Shown in pieces: positions 29,647-39,361 of a stretch of DNA of 64,000 nt. Both the position numbers and the translations under genes were made by a program. The stretch comes from Candidatus Parcubacteria bacterium (lineage in GTDB: Bacteria; Patescibacteriota; Minisyncoccia; UBA6257; HR35). The stretch is taken from the NCBI GenBank assembly GCA_025999335.1, contig AP024681.1, positions 322,565 through 386,564 of the forward strand, given 5' to 3'. The notes beneath the pieces are model-generated. The model did not search any database. It saw only the letters and a program-made list of their open reading frames with translations, and was not told where the DNA came from. Numbering within the stretch: position 1 is the first letter of the stretch; every line of letters starts with the position of its first letter.

Positions 29647-32600
29647 ATGCTCAATAGAATAAAAACAAAATTTTTTTATTTGTTTTTAATTATTATTTTA
29701 GAATTTTTATTTTTTTCAAATGTGTATGCAGTATCTCCAACAATAAGCGATGTTAAATTTAAAGGAGCTGGCGACAATAATAAAATTGTCATATTTTTTG
29801 ATCAACCTGTTACTACGGCAACAAATAGTCCTCCTGGTTCTCCCGGTTCTTATTTAGTTCCAAGTGATTTTGTTTTAGGTGGTTCTGTTGGCGGCGGTGT
29901 AACAATAAACTCTGTTGAAACAATCACGATGCCCTTTTTTAATAAAACTATTGCTATTTTATCTCTTAGTGGTAATGTTAATCCTACAGCATTAGGACAG
30001 TGGACAGTTGCTGCTTCCTCGTCTCAAATATTTAATTCAAACGGCGAACCAGTTCCAACAACAGTTATTGATTTAAATGGAAAGGGAGATAATGTCCCAC
30101 CTAATGTTTTAAATGTTTTATTGGCTCATCAAAATGAACTTTTTGTACGTTTTTCCGAAGAAATTGATCAGACATCCGGGCAAGCTACTTCTAGTTATTC
30201 TAATTTGCAAACTTCAGCTACCGGCGATACTCCTGGAATTACCGAAAGATCGGTTTTTATGGAGAGAACCTTTGCGGTAATTAGAGTAACAACTTCTACA
30301 ATTTTGGGCTGGGGCAGCGGTAATACGATTGATGTTGGTGGCATTCAAGATTTAGTTGGTAATGCAATGATAACCTCAACAATTACTATTTTGCCACCAT
30401 TGAACATTAGCGAGGTGAAGGCAGAATCAACAACCAATAATCAGGATGAATTTATAGAAATTTATAATTTTAGCGATCTTAATATCAATATAGCCACTGA
30501 TACTTTTTTCTTGCATATTAGAAATGGTGCTACTGACACGGCAAAAACTTTAACCTTAAGAAGGAACCAAATCCCTAGCTTTGGTTATTATTTAATTTGC
30601 TCGGCTTCACATTATAGCGGGACGGTTGCTTGTGATGCTACTTATGATTCTTCTGCGATTGACATTACTCCAAACTCAGCTGTTTATATTTCTGCAACTT
30701 CAAGCACTTCGACAGCGTTAAGAATTGATTTATTAGGCATGGGCAGCGCCGAGATTTTTGAAGCCGCAACCACTGCTTCATTAATGGCTGGAAAGTCATT
30801 TGAAAGAAAAGCGCACCCCAATTCTTCAACTTCAACAATGGCAATGGGCGGTAGTGATGAATTTAAAGGCAATGGTTTTGATACAAATAATAATAGCCTC
30901 GATTTTCTTTTAAGAGACATACCTCAACCGCAAAATTCCCTTTCGCCTAGAGAATTTCCGTTTGGTCAAAGTAGTCAAAGCAATGATGTTACCCCACCAC
31001 AGGTTATGGGTTCTTTCCCAAGCGGTGCTTTAGGTGAAATTGTACCTAACAATCTTCCCGAGATTGGTTTTGGTTTTAACGAACCAGTTCAGGAGGCAAG
31101 TGTTAACACTTCAACAGTAAAATTATTTAAAGGATCAGATACAAGCACTAATTATTGTCAATCAGTTGATTATGTAAATTTTGTTGATCCCATAAATCCA
31201 AGATCACCAGGGCGATGCTTTATTAGCCCTTCAAGTTTGCCTCTTGATACGACGGCTACTTGGACATTTAAAATTTTAGGCGATGCTTCAAACGCAACTT
31301 CTAGTATTGCCGTTAGGGATTTTAATAATAACGCTTTAAATCAGCCAACCTCTAACAAAGGAGATGGGACTGGAAGTTATGTTGTTCAATTTAGACCTTC
31401 ATCGGGTGGCAGTGGATTTACCTTTACTGAGCCACCAATTATGGTTTGGGGCACTTTACCGTTTGAAGGTTCTTTTAATATTCCTACAAATATTAAAAAG
31501 GTATTTATAAAGTTTTCAAACAATGTGGCGACTTCAAGCGCTAATTTAAGTTCCACACATTTTAAAGTAAGAAAAATTTCTGATTTAAGTGAGGTTCCTT
31601 TATCTTCGATTACCGCAATATCAAGCGGGCCACAATTTACTTCAGATGTTGTTGTTCTTAATCTCGGCGCCACATTATCAGCTAATACTGAATATGAAAT
31701 TGTAATTGAGAATGTTTCAAGTCAAAATGGTCTATCAAGCGTTACTAGTTTTCCTCGAAGATTTACAACCGGTGGTTCGGCAGATACTTCCGGTCCTCGA
31801 GTTATTGGAAGATTGCCAAATATTTCTAGCAATGTTCCTGTAAGCGCAATTGATATTCATATAATGGCTGATGACAGGATTGATCCAATGTCAATTTCAA
31901 CAACTACAGTTAAAGTCTTTCAAGGAAGCAATGAGATTCCTGGTAGAGTTGACTTTGATCCATTTACTGGCGAAATTCTGTTTTTTACTAATAATGTTTT
32001 TCAAGCAAGCACTACTTATACAGTTAGACTTTACGCTTCAGGCACTACGCCTTGTATTAAAAATTTATCCGATATTTGTTTGCAAGATGACGACGGCATA
32101 GCCAATAATTTTTACGAATTTAGTTTTACTACCGGCGATCCCGATACGCAAGCACCGAATATTCTTTTTGCTCATGCCGACCAGAGAAATCTTTCCCTTA
32201 CTTTTAACGAACCCATTGATCCAAGACAAGCCGTTGATTTTAATAATTACACTCTTGTTGTTAACAATGCAACCTCTGTAATTTCAAGCTTAGCTGGACA
32301 AAGGATTTTTTATGACTACATCCATAGAACGGTGGTGATTGAAAATCTTAATTTACCAGTTAGAGCCAGCTTTACAATTACTGTTAGTAATATAACCGAT
32401 CTTTCTGGTAATTTGATTGGTTCACCTAATTCTGTAAGTGGAATTGTTGAAGATATTAATATGACCGGCGGTATGGTTGGACCAGGCGCAGCCCCGCCTC
32501 CGCCACCGGGGGATGTTCCTCAAAACTTTTCAACAACTACTTTCGCTCTTGCCCCTCAACCTGATGTTTTTCCAATGTCACCATTGGCAGGAGCGACAAC

Positions 32601-35600
32601 CAATTACTTTATAGGTATTCCAATTTCAAGACAAGTTAAAAATTCTTTTGGTGGTGGCAAAATTGTTTTGACATTTCCTAGCGGTTTTGATATTAGCAAT
32701 GCTTCTTTGCGTGTTTTTACCGGTATAACCCCTGATGCTAATGGCCCTGGTCCAGGAGTTTTAACGCCAAGTTTAACCAAAGATGCTAGCGCCAGAACAA
32801 TTACTCTAACTTTAGACACAAATACAAGATGTGATAACGGCAATAATGCGCCTTGTTCAGGTGACGCTCATGATTTCTTGCAATTTGATATTTCTGGCAT
32901 AGTTAATTCTTCTATTCCTAAAGACGCTGCGAGCGGTGGTTATACTCTTGATATTAAAACTTTTGAGGGAACAACTGTTTTAGAATCTTTGACTTCGCGA
33001 CCATTTTTCATTGTTGCTGGTGGCAATAGTTCTTTAGTAGTTAATGTTTTGGCAAGTGGCGCAATATCAGGAAATGCAAAAGTCAAGCTTTTTTCGCCAA
33101 TGACCGGTCCAAGAGATGCTATAAGCACGACATTTTCTAGTAGTTCGGCGACTGCAACCTTTACTAATTTATTAGAAGGTGACTATTTTGTTAACACTGA
33201 TCCTGTTGTAAGCTTGGGGAGTAATGATTATTTAGGTGTTTTTATGCCTAATCCGATTAGGGTTCAAGGCGCAACAACAACTTTTTCTTTAACATTGCAA
33301 CCAACCACAGGTTTTGCCACTGTGACTGTCCAGGTAACCGGTCCTAGTGGTAAATTTATTGATATTTTTGCTCATAGTATGGATGGCAAGTTTTTCAAGA
33401 AAGCAACGACAACAACCGGCTCGGTTCAAAATGTAATTTTAAAACTTGCAACCGGTACCTGGTGGATCGGTGTTGGTCCGCAAATACCAGATGATCCTTT
33501 TAGTGGTCCACCGCCGGCGCCAGATTTTATAGCGCAACCACCAGTTGAAGTTAAAATTATTTCACCTTCGAATATTCAGGAAAATTCAGGCACAATTAAT
33601 GATGGTACAGTAATTTTTGCTTTATCTGCTGCTGATAAAACAATTTCCGGTAGCGTAGTTGATCATCAAGGACGAGCGGTGGTTAATGCTGATGTTTTTG
33701 CTTTTCAACCTCAAGGCGGTTTTGATACTCATACGCAGAGCGATGGTTTAGGTAAGTTTACTTTAAAGGTTTCGGCTGGTTTATATCAAGTTGGTGCTTT
33801 TAAATTTGGCTTGCCGCCAGCACCAGAAATATCTGTTGAAGTCAAAAATGATGGTACTTTATTGGTTAATGGACAATCGGCTACATCGGTAACAATAAAA
33901 ATTATAAAACCTGAAAGAACCATTAGCGGTAAAGTTTTAGATCAAAATAATAATCCAGCGCAGAATGCATCAGTTTGGGCTTATTGCGATCCGAATGTTA
34001 CCAATAATGCTTGTTTAGGTCCCGGTGATCATTCTTGGTCGCCAACTGGTCAAGACGGTTCCTACTCGCTTTTTGTTAAAAATGGTACCTGGAAAGTTGG
34101 CGCCTTTTTGCCAGGGTTTGGCGAATTAGGTTTGCAAAGCGTTACAGTTTCTAGTTCTGATATGACTAATGTTAATTTTTCTCCGCCAACAAACGTGACT
34201 TTCTTAAATATTAGCGGAACTATTTGTCGTGATACTGATGTAAGCGGTAGTGCTACTATTTGTGGTTCTGGAGATGAAAAGGTTTCGGGCGTATTTGTGA
34301 GAGCTGAAGGTGCTGCTGGTCATAATAATAGTGTTAGCGATATAAACGGTGCTTATCAATTAAGAGTACTAGCAACAACTTCTGCTTACACTCTTGAAGC
34401 TTGGGACCCAGCTATGGGCCGAATAAGACCTTTAAGTGTGATTGCTTCCTCAACCGATAGGACTGGTCAGGATTTTGTGATTCCAACACCGCGAACAATT
34501 ACAATTAATGTTAAAGACAGTAATGGTAATTTTGTTACTGTTAAAGAACTATTTGTTGATTTTGAAGATTTTACAAATAAGGTATTTAATCATATAAAGA
34601 TTAATAATGCTAATTCTGGAACATTGCAGCTTCCTGATGGTTCTTATAAAGTTAGAGCTGGTTTGCCGGCACAATTTTTAGGACATTCAGTTATTTCTTC
34701 TGATGCTGTGGGCACTGTTTTTGCAACTTCAACCGGAATATTAACTGTTGATGGCAATGAAATAATTAAAGTAACCTTGCCAGTAATGGGAGTTATTGCC
34801 GGCACTGTTAAAGATGAAGCAAATAATCCAATTGATGTTTGGGTAAGTTTTGGTAATCAAGGAACAGGAATTTTTACCGGAGTATTAGCAAATGCAAGCG
34901 GTACTTATTCTATAGTTTTACCTTTTGCTACTTATACTGTTTCGGCGTTTAAGGAAGGTTACTTTTCAACACCGGTTATTCAAGGCGTTGCTACAACCTC
35001 AACAACGACACTTAACTTAACTGTAACCCGAGCTAATTTTACAATTTCGGGAAGAGTTACAATTAATAACACTCCTGCTCCAAGGGCATTTGTTTGGGCA
35101 GAAAGAGCGGGAGGTGGATTTAGTAGCGCAGAGACCGGTTCTGACGGTAATTACACTTTAGCAGTTTCTGCTGGAACTTGGCGAGTCTTTGCAGTTAGTC
35201 ATGGTTATGCTGAAGCTGAAGCTTCATCTCCGGTCGAAGTTACTACTGCTTCGATTTCTGGAGTAAATATTAATCTAACAACAGCTATTACTTTATCTAC
35301 GGTCAAGACTTGTTCAATTATACCAGCTCAAGGAGGCAACTGCTCTTATGATCCTAATAACGATGGCATTAAAGAAATAAGCTTAACTTTTCCGGCTGGT
35401 GCTTTAGGTTCGGATTCCAGTCCAGCTATTGTAAGCATTAGCGAAACTAATGTTCTTCGTGAAAGTGAATCCATTAAACCAGCTGGAAAAGAATTTGATT
35501 TAGAAGTAGTTGATGCAAATGGAATACCAATTGATACTTTTAACTCGCCTGTTATTGTAGAAATTATTCAAAGTAAAGCTGATTTAGCTTCTGCTGGTTT

Positions 35601-36879
35601 TGACACTAAAGCTGAAGCAGATGGATTGAAATTTATTCAGCCATCAGAAACAACTAATGAATTTGATGTTAGAGTTAGCACAGTTGATTACCTTGATGCT
35701 TCAGGCAATCTTGTTTCTTCTCCGGCTGCTGATTTAAGTAATGTTAGTTTCATTAAAATTACTGCTGAAACAACTCACTTTTCTGGTGGTGGCGTAGGAG
35801 GCAGTGGCGATACAATAAGACCTTCAGCGCCAACCGGTGTTTCTGCTTCTGTTTCTGAGACAACCGTAAATCTTAGTTGGAATGCAGTAACAACAAATTT
35901 TGATGGTACGCCTATTACTGATTTAGCTGGTTATCGTATTTATAGAAGCACTTCGCAAAGTAGTGGATTTTCCTTTATTGCGAGCGTTAGTTCAACGACT
36001 ACTAGTTATTCTAATAGTGGTTTAACAAGGGGGACTACTTATTATTATAGAGTGACAGCAATAGATACAAGTAATAATGAATCTGACCCATCTTCAACTT
36101 CCAATGCGGCAACAATTTCTCAATCGGTTAGCGGTAGTGGTGGCGGTAGTGGTGGAGGCGGTGGTGGCTCAACGCCAATTCCAACCGGGACATCTACTAC
36201 GAGCACAATTCCTGTTTCAACAACAACAACCACGACAACTGCTACTACCACAGCTCCAACAACTACTCCTACAATCACTACTACAACCATTTCAATAACA
36301 CCTGAAGTTAAAAAACAAACTGGCTTACCAAAAGTTAAACCTAAAGTAAAAGCAAAAACTAAAGCTTTAGCTATTAAATTTAAGAGAAATTTGACCATAG
36401 GTTCAACCGGCGATGATGTTAAGGATTTGCAAACATTTTTAGAGAATAAAGGATTTTTGAAGATGCCTAAAGGAATTGCTAAAGGTTATTTTGGTCCATT
36501 AACGGCATCAGCTTTAAAGGCTTATCAAAAAAGTGTAGGTCTTTCTGCTACTGGTTATTTTGGGACCACGACAAGAGAGAAAATTATAGAAGAGATGGGC
36601 ATAGAAATTCCTAAAGAAAAGCCAATTAAGCCAAAAGGAAAATTTAAACGACCGCTTTGGCGTGGTTCAAAGGGCGAGGATGTTAAGTTACTTCAAGAGA
36701 TTTTAGCTAAGAAAGGATTTTACAATGGTTCAATTACAGGTTATTTTGGTTCTTTGACAGAAAAAGCAGTTCAAGAATTTCAACTTCAATATAAAATTAC
36801 CACAAAAAACAATCCTGCTTTTGGGTTTGTTGGTCCTTCGACAAGAGCTAAACTTAATGAATTATTGGATGAAGAATAA
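29647..36879 (+). CDS. giant secreted cell-surface protein (2410 aa): signal peptide, lamin-tail domain, multiple Ig-like/carboxypeptidase-regulatory-like domains, FN3, Gly/Thr-rich stalk, and two C-terminal peptidoglycan-binding domains
   Basis: N-terminal signal peptide (LFFSNVYA|VSP). An LTD-like segment with EFIEIYN (~30397-30790). Repeated ...GKVLDQNNNPAQNASVWAY/...GSVVDHQGRAVVNADVFAF CarbPepD_reg-like units. An FN3 module (PSAPTGVSASV...LSWNAV...GYRIYRS...YYYRVTAID). Low-complexity GSGGGSGGGGGGS and TTTTTTTATTTAPTTTPTITTTT stretches. Two PG_binding_1-like repeats (GDDVKDLQTFLENKGF...GYFGPLTASALKAYQ; GEDVKLLQEILAKKGF...GYFGSLTEKAVQEFQ). Confidence 0.8.
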   Translation: MLNRIKTKFFYLFLIIILEFLFFSNVYAVSPTISDVKFKGAGDNNKIVIFFDQPVTTATNSPPGSPGSYLVPSDFVLGGSVGGGVTINSVETITMPFFNKTIAILSLSGNVNPTALGQWTVAASSSQIFNSNGEPVPTTVIDLNGKGDNVPPNVLNVLLAHQNELFVRFSEEIDQTSGQATSSYSNLQTSATGDTPGITERSVFMERTFAVIRVTTSTILGWGSGNTIDVGGIQDLVGNAMITSTITILPPLNISEVKAESTTNNQDEFIEIYNFSDLNINIATDTFFLHIRNGATDTAKTLTLRRNQIPSFGYYLICSASHYSGTVACDATYDSSAIDITPNSAVYISATSSTSTALRIDLLGMGSAEIFEAATTASLMAGKSFERKAHPNSSTSTMAMGGSDEFKGNGFDTNNNSLDFLLRDIPQPQNSLSPREFPFGQSSQSNDVTPPQVMGSFPSGALGEIVPNNLPEIGFGFNEPVQEASVNTSTVKLFKGSDTSTNYCQSVDYVNFVDPINPRSPGRCFISPSSLPLDTTATWTFKILGDASNATSSIAVRDFNNNALNQPTSNKGDGTGSYVVQFRPSSGGSGFTFTEPPIMVWGTLPFEGSFNIPTNIKKVFIKFSNNVATSSANLSSTHFKVRKISDLSEVPLSSITAISSGPQFTSDVVVLNLGATLSANTEYEIVIENVSSQNGLSSVTSFPRRFTTGGSADTSGPRVIGRLPNISSNVPVSAIDIHIMADDRIDPMSISTTTVKVFQGSNEIPGRVDFDPFTGEILFFTNNVFQASTTYTVRLYASGTTPCIKNLSDICLQDDDGIANNFYEFSFTTGDPDTQAPNILFAHADQRNLSLTFNEPIDPRQAVDFNNYTLVVNNATSVISSLAGQRIFYDYIHRTVVIENLNLPVRASFTITVSNITDLSGNLIGSPNSVSGIVEDINMTGGMVGPGAAPPPPPGDVPQNFSTTTFALAPQPDVFPMSPLAGATTNYFIGIPISRQVKNSFGGGKIVLTFPSGFDISNASLRVFTGITPDANGPGPGVLTPSLTKDASARTITLTLDTNTRCDNGNNAPCSGDAHDFLQFDISGIVNSSIPKDAASGGYTLDIKTFEGTTVLESLTSRPFFIVAGGNSSLVVNVLASGAISGNAKVKLFSPMTGPRDAISTTFSSSSATATFTNLLEGDYFVNTDPVVSLGSNDYLGVFMPNPIRVQGATTTFSLTLQPTTGFATVTVQVTGPSGKFIDIFAHSMDGKFFKKATTTTGSVQNVILKLATGTWWIGVGPQIPDDPFSGPPPAPDFIAQPPVEVKIISPSNIQENSGTINDGTVIFALSAADKTISGSVVDHQGRAVVNADVFAFQPQGGFDTHTQSDGLGKFTLKVSAGLYQVGAFKFGLPPAPEISVEVKNDGTLLVNGQSATSVTIKIIKPERTISGKVLDQNNNPAQNASVWAYCDPNVTNNACLGPGDHSWSPTGQDGSYSLFVKNGTWKVGAFLPGFGELGLQSVTVSSSDMTNVNFSPPTNVTFLNISGTICRDTDVSGSATICGSGDEKVSGVFVRAEGAAGHNNSVSDINGAYQLRVLATTSAYTLEAWDPAMGRIRPLSVIASSTDRTGQDFVIPTPRTITINVKDSNGNFVTVKELFVDFEDFTNKVFNHIKINNANSGTLQLPDGSYKVRAGLPAQFLGHSVISSDAVGTVFATSTGILTVDGNEIIKVTLPVMGVIAGTVKDEANNPIDVWVSFGNQGTGIFTGVLANASGTYSIVLPFATYTVSAFKEGYFSTPVIQGVATTSTTTLNLTVTRANFTISGRVTINNTPAPRAFVWAERAGGGFSSAETGSDGNYTLAVSAGTWRVFAVSHGYAEAEASSPVEVTTASISGVNINLTTAITLSTVKTCSIIPAQGGNCSYDPNNDGIKEISLTFPAGALGSDSSPAIVSISETNVLRESESIKPAGKEFDLEVVDANGIPIDTFNSPVIVEIIQSKADLASAGFDTKAEADGLKFIQPSETTNEFDVRVSTVDYLDASGNLVSSPAADLSNVSFIKITAETTHFSGGGVGGSGDTIRPSAPTGVSASVSETTVNLSWNAVTTNFDGTPITDLAGYRIYRSTSQSSGFSFIASVSSTTTSYSNSGLTRGTTYYYRVTAIDTSNNESDPSSTSNAATISQSVSGSGGGSGGGGGGSTPIPTGTSTTSTIPVSTTTTTTTATTTAPTTTPTITTTTISITPEVKKQTGLPKVKPKVKAKTKALAIKFKRNLTIGSTGDDVKDLQTFLENKGFLKMPKGIAKGYFGPLTASALKAYQKSVGLSATGYFGTTTREKIIEEMGIEIPKEKPIKPKGKFKRPLWRGSKGEDVKLLQEILAKKGFYNGSITGYFGSLTEKAVQEFQLQYKITTKNNPAFGFVGPSTRAKLNELLDEE

Positions 36880-37170
36880 GATTAATTTCTTTTTGCTTTT
36901 TTGTTAGGTTCTTTTTGGCTAACTAATTTAAATACTTTTTAAAAGTATTTTTTCTAATTTAAGAATATTTTGACATTTTAGTTGTTTGCGAAGATATTTT
37001 TTCATATTGGAAGAATTTTCTTTGCTGATGGTTTTAGTTCGCTATGACCAACTTCATATTCCTTTTTTTAAAATATTTTCCTTTTTGATTTAAACGAATT
37101 ATTATTTTAGCAAATTTAAGGCGATCTTACATAAAGATTTTTTGATAAAATAATAGTAATTTATTTTTTT

Positions 37171-37244
37171 CGGGACATAGCGCAATTGGTTAGCGCGCCA
37201 GCATGGGGTGCTGGAGGTTGCGGGTTCGAGTCCCGCTGTCCCGA
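37171..37244 (+). tRNA. tRNA-Pro (anticodon GGG)
   Basis: Acceptor CGGGACA/TGTCCCG with the C1:G72 pair typical of bacterial tRNA-Pro. Anticodon stem CCAGC/GCTGG with loop ATGGGGT, and T-loop TTCGAGT. Confidence 0.8.
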
Positions 37245-37250
37245 TATTTT

Positions 37251-37973
37251 TTATTTAAAATTACCACAAGCAAAACCTAAAGTGATAAGAGCATCGGTAT
37301 TTTGTAATTTTAGTAATTTTTTGATTTCATCATCATGCAAAGCTCCGGAGATAACACCACCAATATTTTCGTTTGCTAAGCGTAAGCCGAGGCTTTGCGC
37401 ATAAAGTCCGGTTTCAATAAGGATGAATCTACCACCGCGTTCACCGTATTTATTAACAGTTCTTTCAGGAATAGCGACAAAAATAAAAAATACCGCGGGT
37501 TCTCCTTCTAATTCTAAGCCAAAGAATTCTTTAATTTCATTCCATTCAGGGCAATTTGTTACTATTGAGAGAGAATGATTGTCGGCATTATAGTAGACGA
37601 TTTTTTTGTTTAATTTGCTTTTAACATTAAATAAACAAGCAAAAACTTCAATAGGATATTTGCCGCCAGCTGATGGTAATAATCTTTTTGTTGAATTTTG
37701 TTGAGCAAAAGCATAAAACAATGACCCTAATTGTTTTTCTGAGATAGGCACGCTAGAAAATTCTCTAGTACTTTTTCTTTGAGACATTATATAGGCTAGA
37801 CGATCTTTAGGCTTTTTTAAAAATAAATCTTCACTAGGGTAAAAAATTTGGGGTATGGTTTTAAAAGTTCGAGCATCTTCTATGAGATTTTTGATTAATT
37901 TTAAAGATGTTTGCTTGTTTAGTTTAGAATTTTCCCAGAACAACCTAAAAAGATCTGCTTTGTTTTCGTCCAT
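37251..37973 (-). CDS. SagB/McbC-type FMN-dependent dehydrogenase (azoline oxidase) of a TOMM-like cluster
   Basis: 240 aa nitroreductase-fold protein with the SagB-type motif PSAGGKYPIEVF and an RKSTREF segment. Adjacent to the YcaO gene on the same strand. Confidence 0.65.
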   Translation of the reverse strand: MDENKADLFRLFWENSKLNKQTSLKLIKNLIEDARTFKTIPQIFYPSEDLFLKKPKDRLAYIMSQRKSTREFSSVPISEKQLGSLFYAFAQQNSTKRLLPSAGGKYPIEVFACLFNVKSKLNKKIVYYNADNHSLSIVTNCPEWNEIKEFFGLELEGEPAVFFIFVAIPERTVNKYGERGGRFILIETGLYAQSLGLRLANENIGGVISGALHDDEIKKLLKLQNTDALITLGFACGNFK

Positions 37974-37977
37974 TGTT

Positions 37978-39234
37978 TTATCCTAAAGGATGAGGCAATT
38001 TATTTGGAAATTCGACTTGATTAACTAAATCAGGATATCGCCATTTTACATCTGCTGTCCGTCCACCAAGAAAAGGAGCTCGTTCATCGCCGTGAAGCAA
38101 AGATAGCTCTGGAGATAAAACTCTTATTACATTTAAACCAGTTTCACGCACTTCGTCAATGGTTATATCACGATAAAATAGTCTGATGTTTTGTTCTTTT
38201 AATTGTTTAATTAAATTTGTTAAAATTTCAATTGTGTTAGTAGCTTTATTTTCTTGGGCTTGTTTTTGATATGAAAATCGTTTTTTTAACAAGGGAGTTT
38301 TGTGCCATAAGTGTGGATAAAGAGTATAGTAAACGGCATGTTTGTCAAAATCAACAATATCTTCAATTTTATTAAGTTTTAAATCTCTATTATAAAGGCT
38401 ATAAAATCCAGCAAAAATTACCCCTTGAATCCATTCAAGATATGCTTTTTCAATGGCTTCTTCATAAGTTGGTCGACAAGCAACGCCCATTGAAATTCGT
38501 TTTTTATTTCTTAGCGGCAAATGACCACAAACAATAACAACAGGATGAGGATTCCATTGTTGAGTTATATCAAAACAGAAAATTTCGCCACCCTTTTTTA
38601 AAACAGGATTTGTATATTTTTCATCAAGCTTGATTTCTCTGCCGCCTAAGGAATTAAGCCAATAAACAGTTAAGGCATCTCTTTCTAAGACTTCTTGAAT
38701 CCCCAACAATAAAGCATTGAACTTATTAAAATGAGCCGCTAACCCAGTTGACGTTGAGGGAAGAAAAGCTTTGTTAGATTTTGTGCCTAACCCAATTAAT
38801 TCTTGCGGGACCCAAAATTTTTCGTTATTATACACCGAATAAACTTCGCCAAAAAATGCTTCTTTAATATCAAATTTTTCCCAAGGAAAATTTTTGTTAT
38901 TATACTGTTTTTCTAAAAAAAGAGAAAATTGATCATGGGTAATTATTTTTTCATTTTTTATTTCTGATAATTTTTTAACTGGAAAATTTATTAAAAATGC
39001 CGAATATCTTTCCATAGCTTCAGCAATAGCACTAATAGTTGCTATTTGTTCATCTTGGTTGATCCCACCACTGGCTGATCTCCATGCTTCAATGGAATTT
39101 TCAGGTACAGAAACATTGGCTATATTTTCAATATCTGCAAAAGTGTTTTCAACTTTTTGAGGCGGAAGAACAATCCCGCAACGAAAACTTGTCGCTTTTT
39201 GTAAAACATATTGATTTAAAGTTTTTTTAAACAT
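37978..39234 (-). CDS. YcaO-domain cyclodehydratase
   Basis: 418 aa. YcaO ATP-binding signature ...GGINQDEQIATISAIAEAMERYSA. Pro-rich C-terminus ...FPNKLPHPLG, as in azoline-forming YcaOs. Separated from the SagB-like gene by 4 nt. Confidence 0.75.
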   Translation of the reverse strand: MFKKTLNQYVLQKATSFRCGIVLPPQKVENTFADIENIANVSVPENSIEAWRSASGGINQDEQIATISAIAEAMERYSAFLINFPVKKLSEIKNEKIITHDQFSLFLEKQYNNKNFPWEKFDIKEAFFGEVYSVYNNEKFWVPQELIGLGTKSNKAFLPSTSTGLAAHFNKFNALLLGIQEVLERDALTVYWLNSLGGREIKLDEKYTNPVLKKGGEIFCFDITQQWNPHPVVIVCGHLPLRNKKRISMGVACRPTYEEAIEKAYLEWIQGVIFAGFYSLYNRDLKLNKIEDIVDFDKHAVYYTLYPHLWHKTPLLKKRFSYQKQAQENKATNTIEILTNLIKQLKEQNIRLFYRDITIDEVRETGLNVIRVLSPELSLLHGDERAPFLGGRTADVKWRYPDLVNQVEFPNKLPHPLG

Positions 39235-39361
39235 CGCTATTAATATTTATTCTTATAATGCTTCTTTAAAATTAATCAATAATTTTTTGTTTTTTATAAT
39301 TGCGTAGCATTATTATTGATTAATAAATTAAGATAAACAAGAAAAAAATAATAAAAATTAA

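Noticed and set aside
36077-36398. Two overlapping ORFs (73 aa plus-strand, 92 aa minus-strand) inside the giant protein gene
   Set aside because: They are artefacts of the low-complexity Gly/Thr-encoding repeat (GGTGGNGG and ACAACAACN runs). Both are fully contained in the 2410-aa reading frame and yield homopolymeric V/Q/L translations.
36940-36961. Palindrome AAATACTTTTTAAAAGTATTT downstream of the giant gene
   Set aside because: It is an AT-only stem of low stability. It may act as a weak terminator, but I cannot separate it from AT-rich background.
37186-37404. 72-aa plus-strand ORF starting inside tRNA-Pro
   Set aside because: It overlaps the tRNA-Pro gene and the 3' end of the SagB-like gene. 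There is no ribosome-binding context and the translation is low-complexity.
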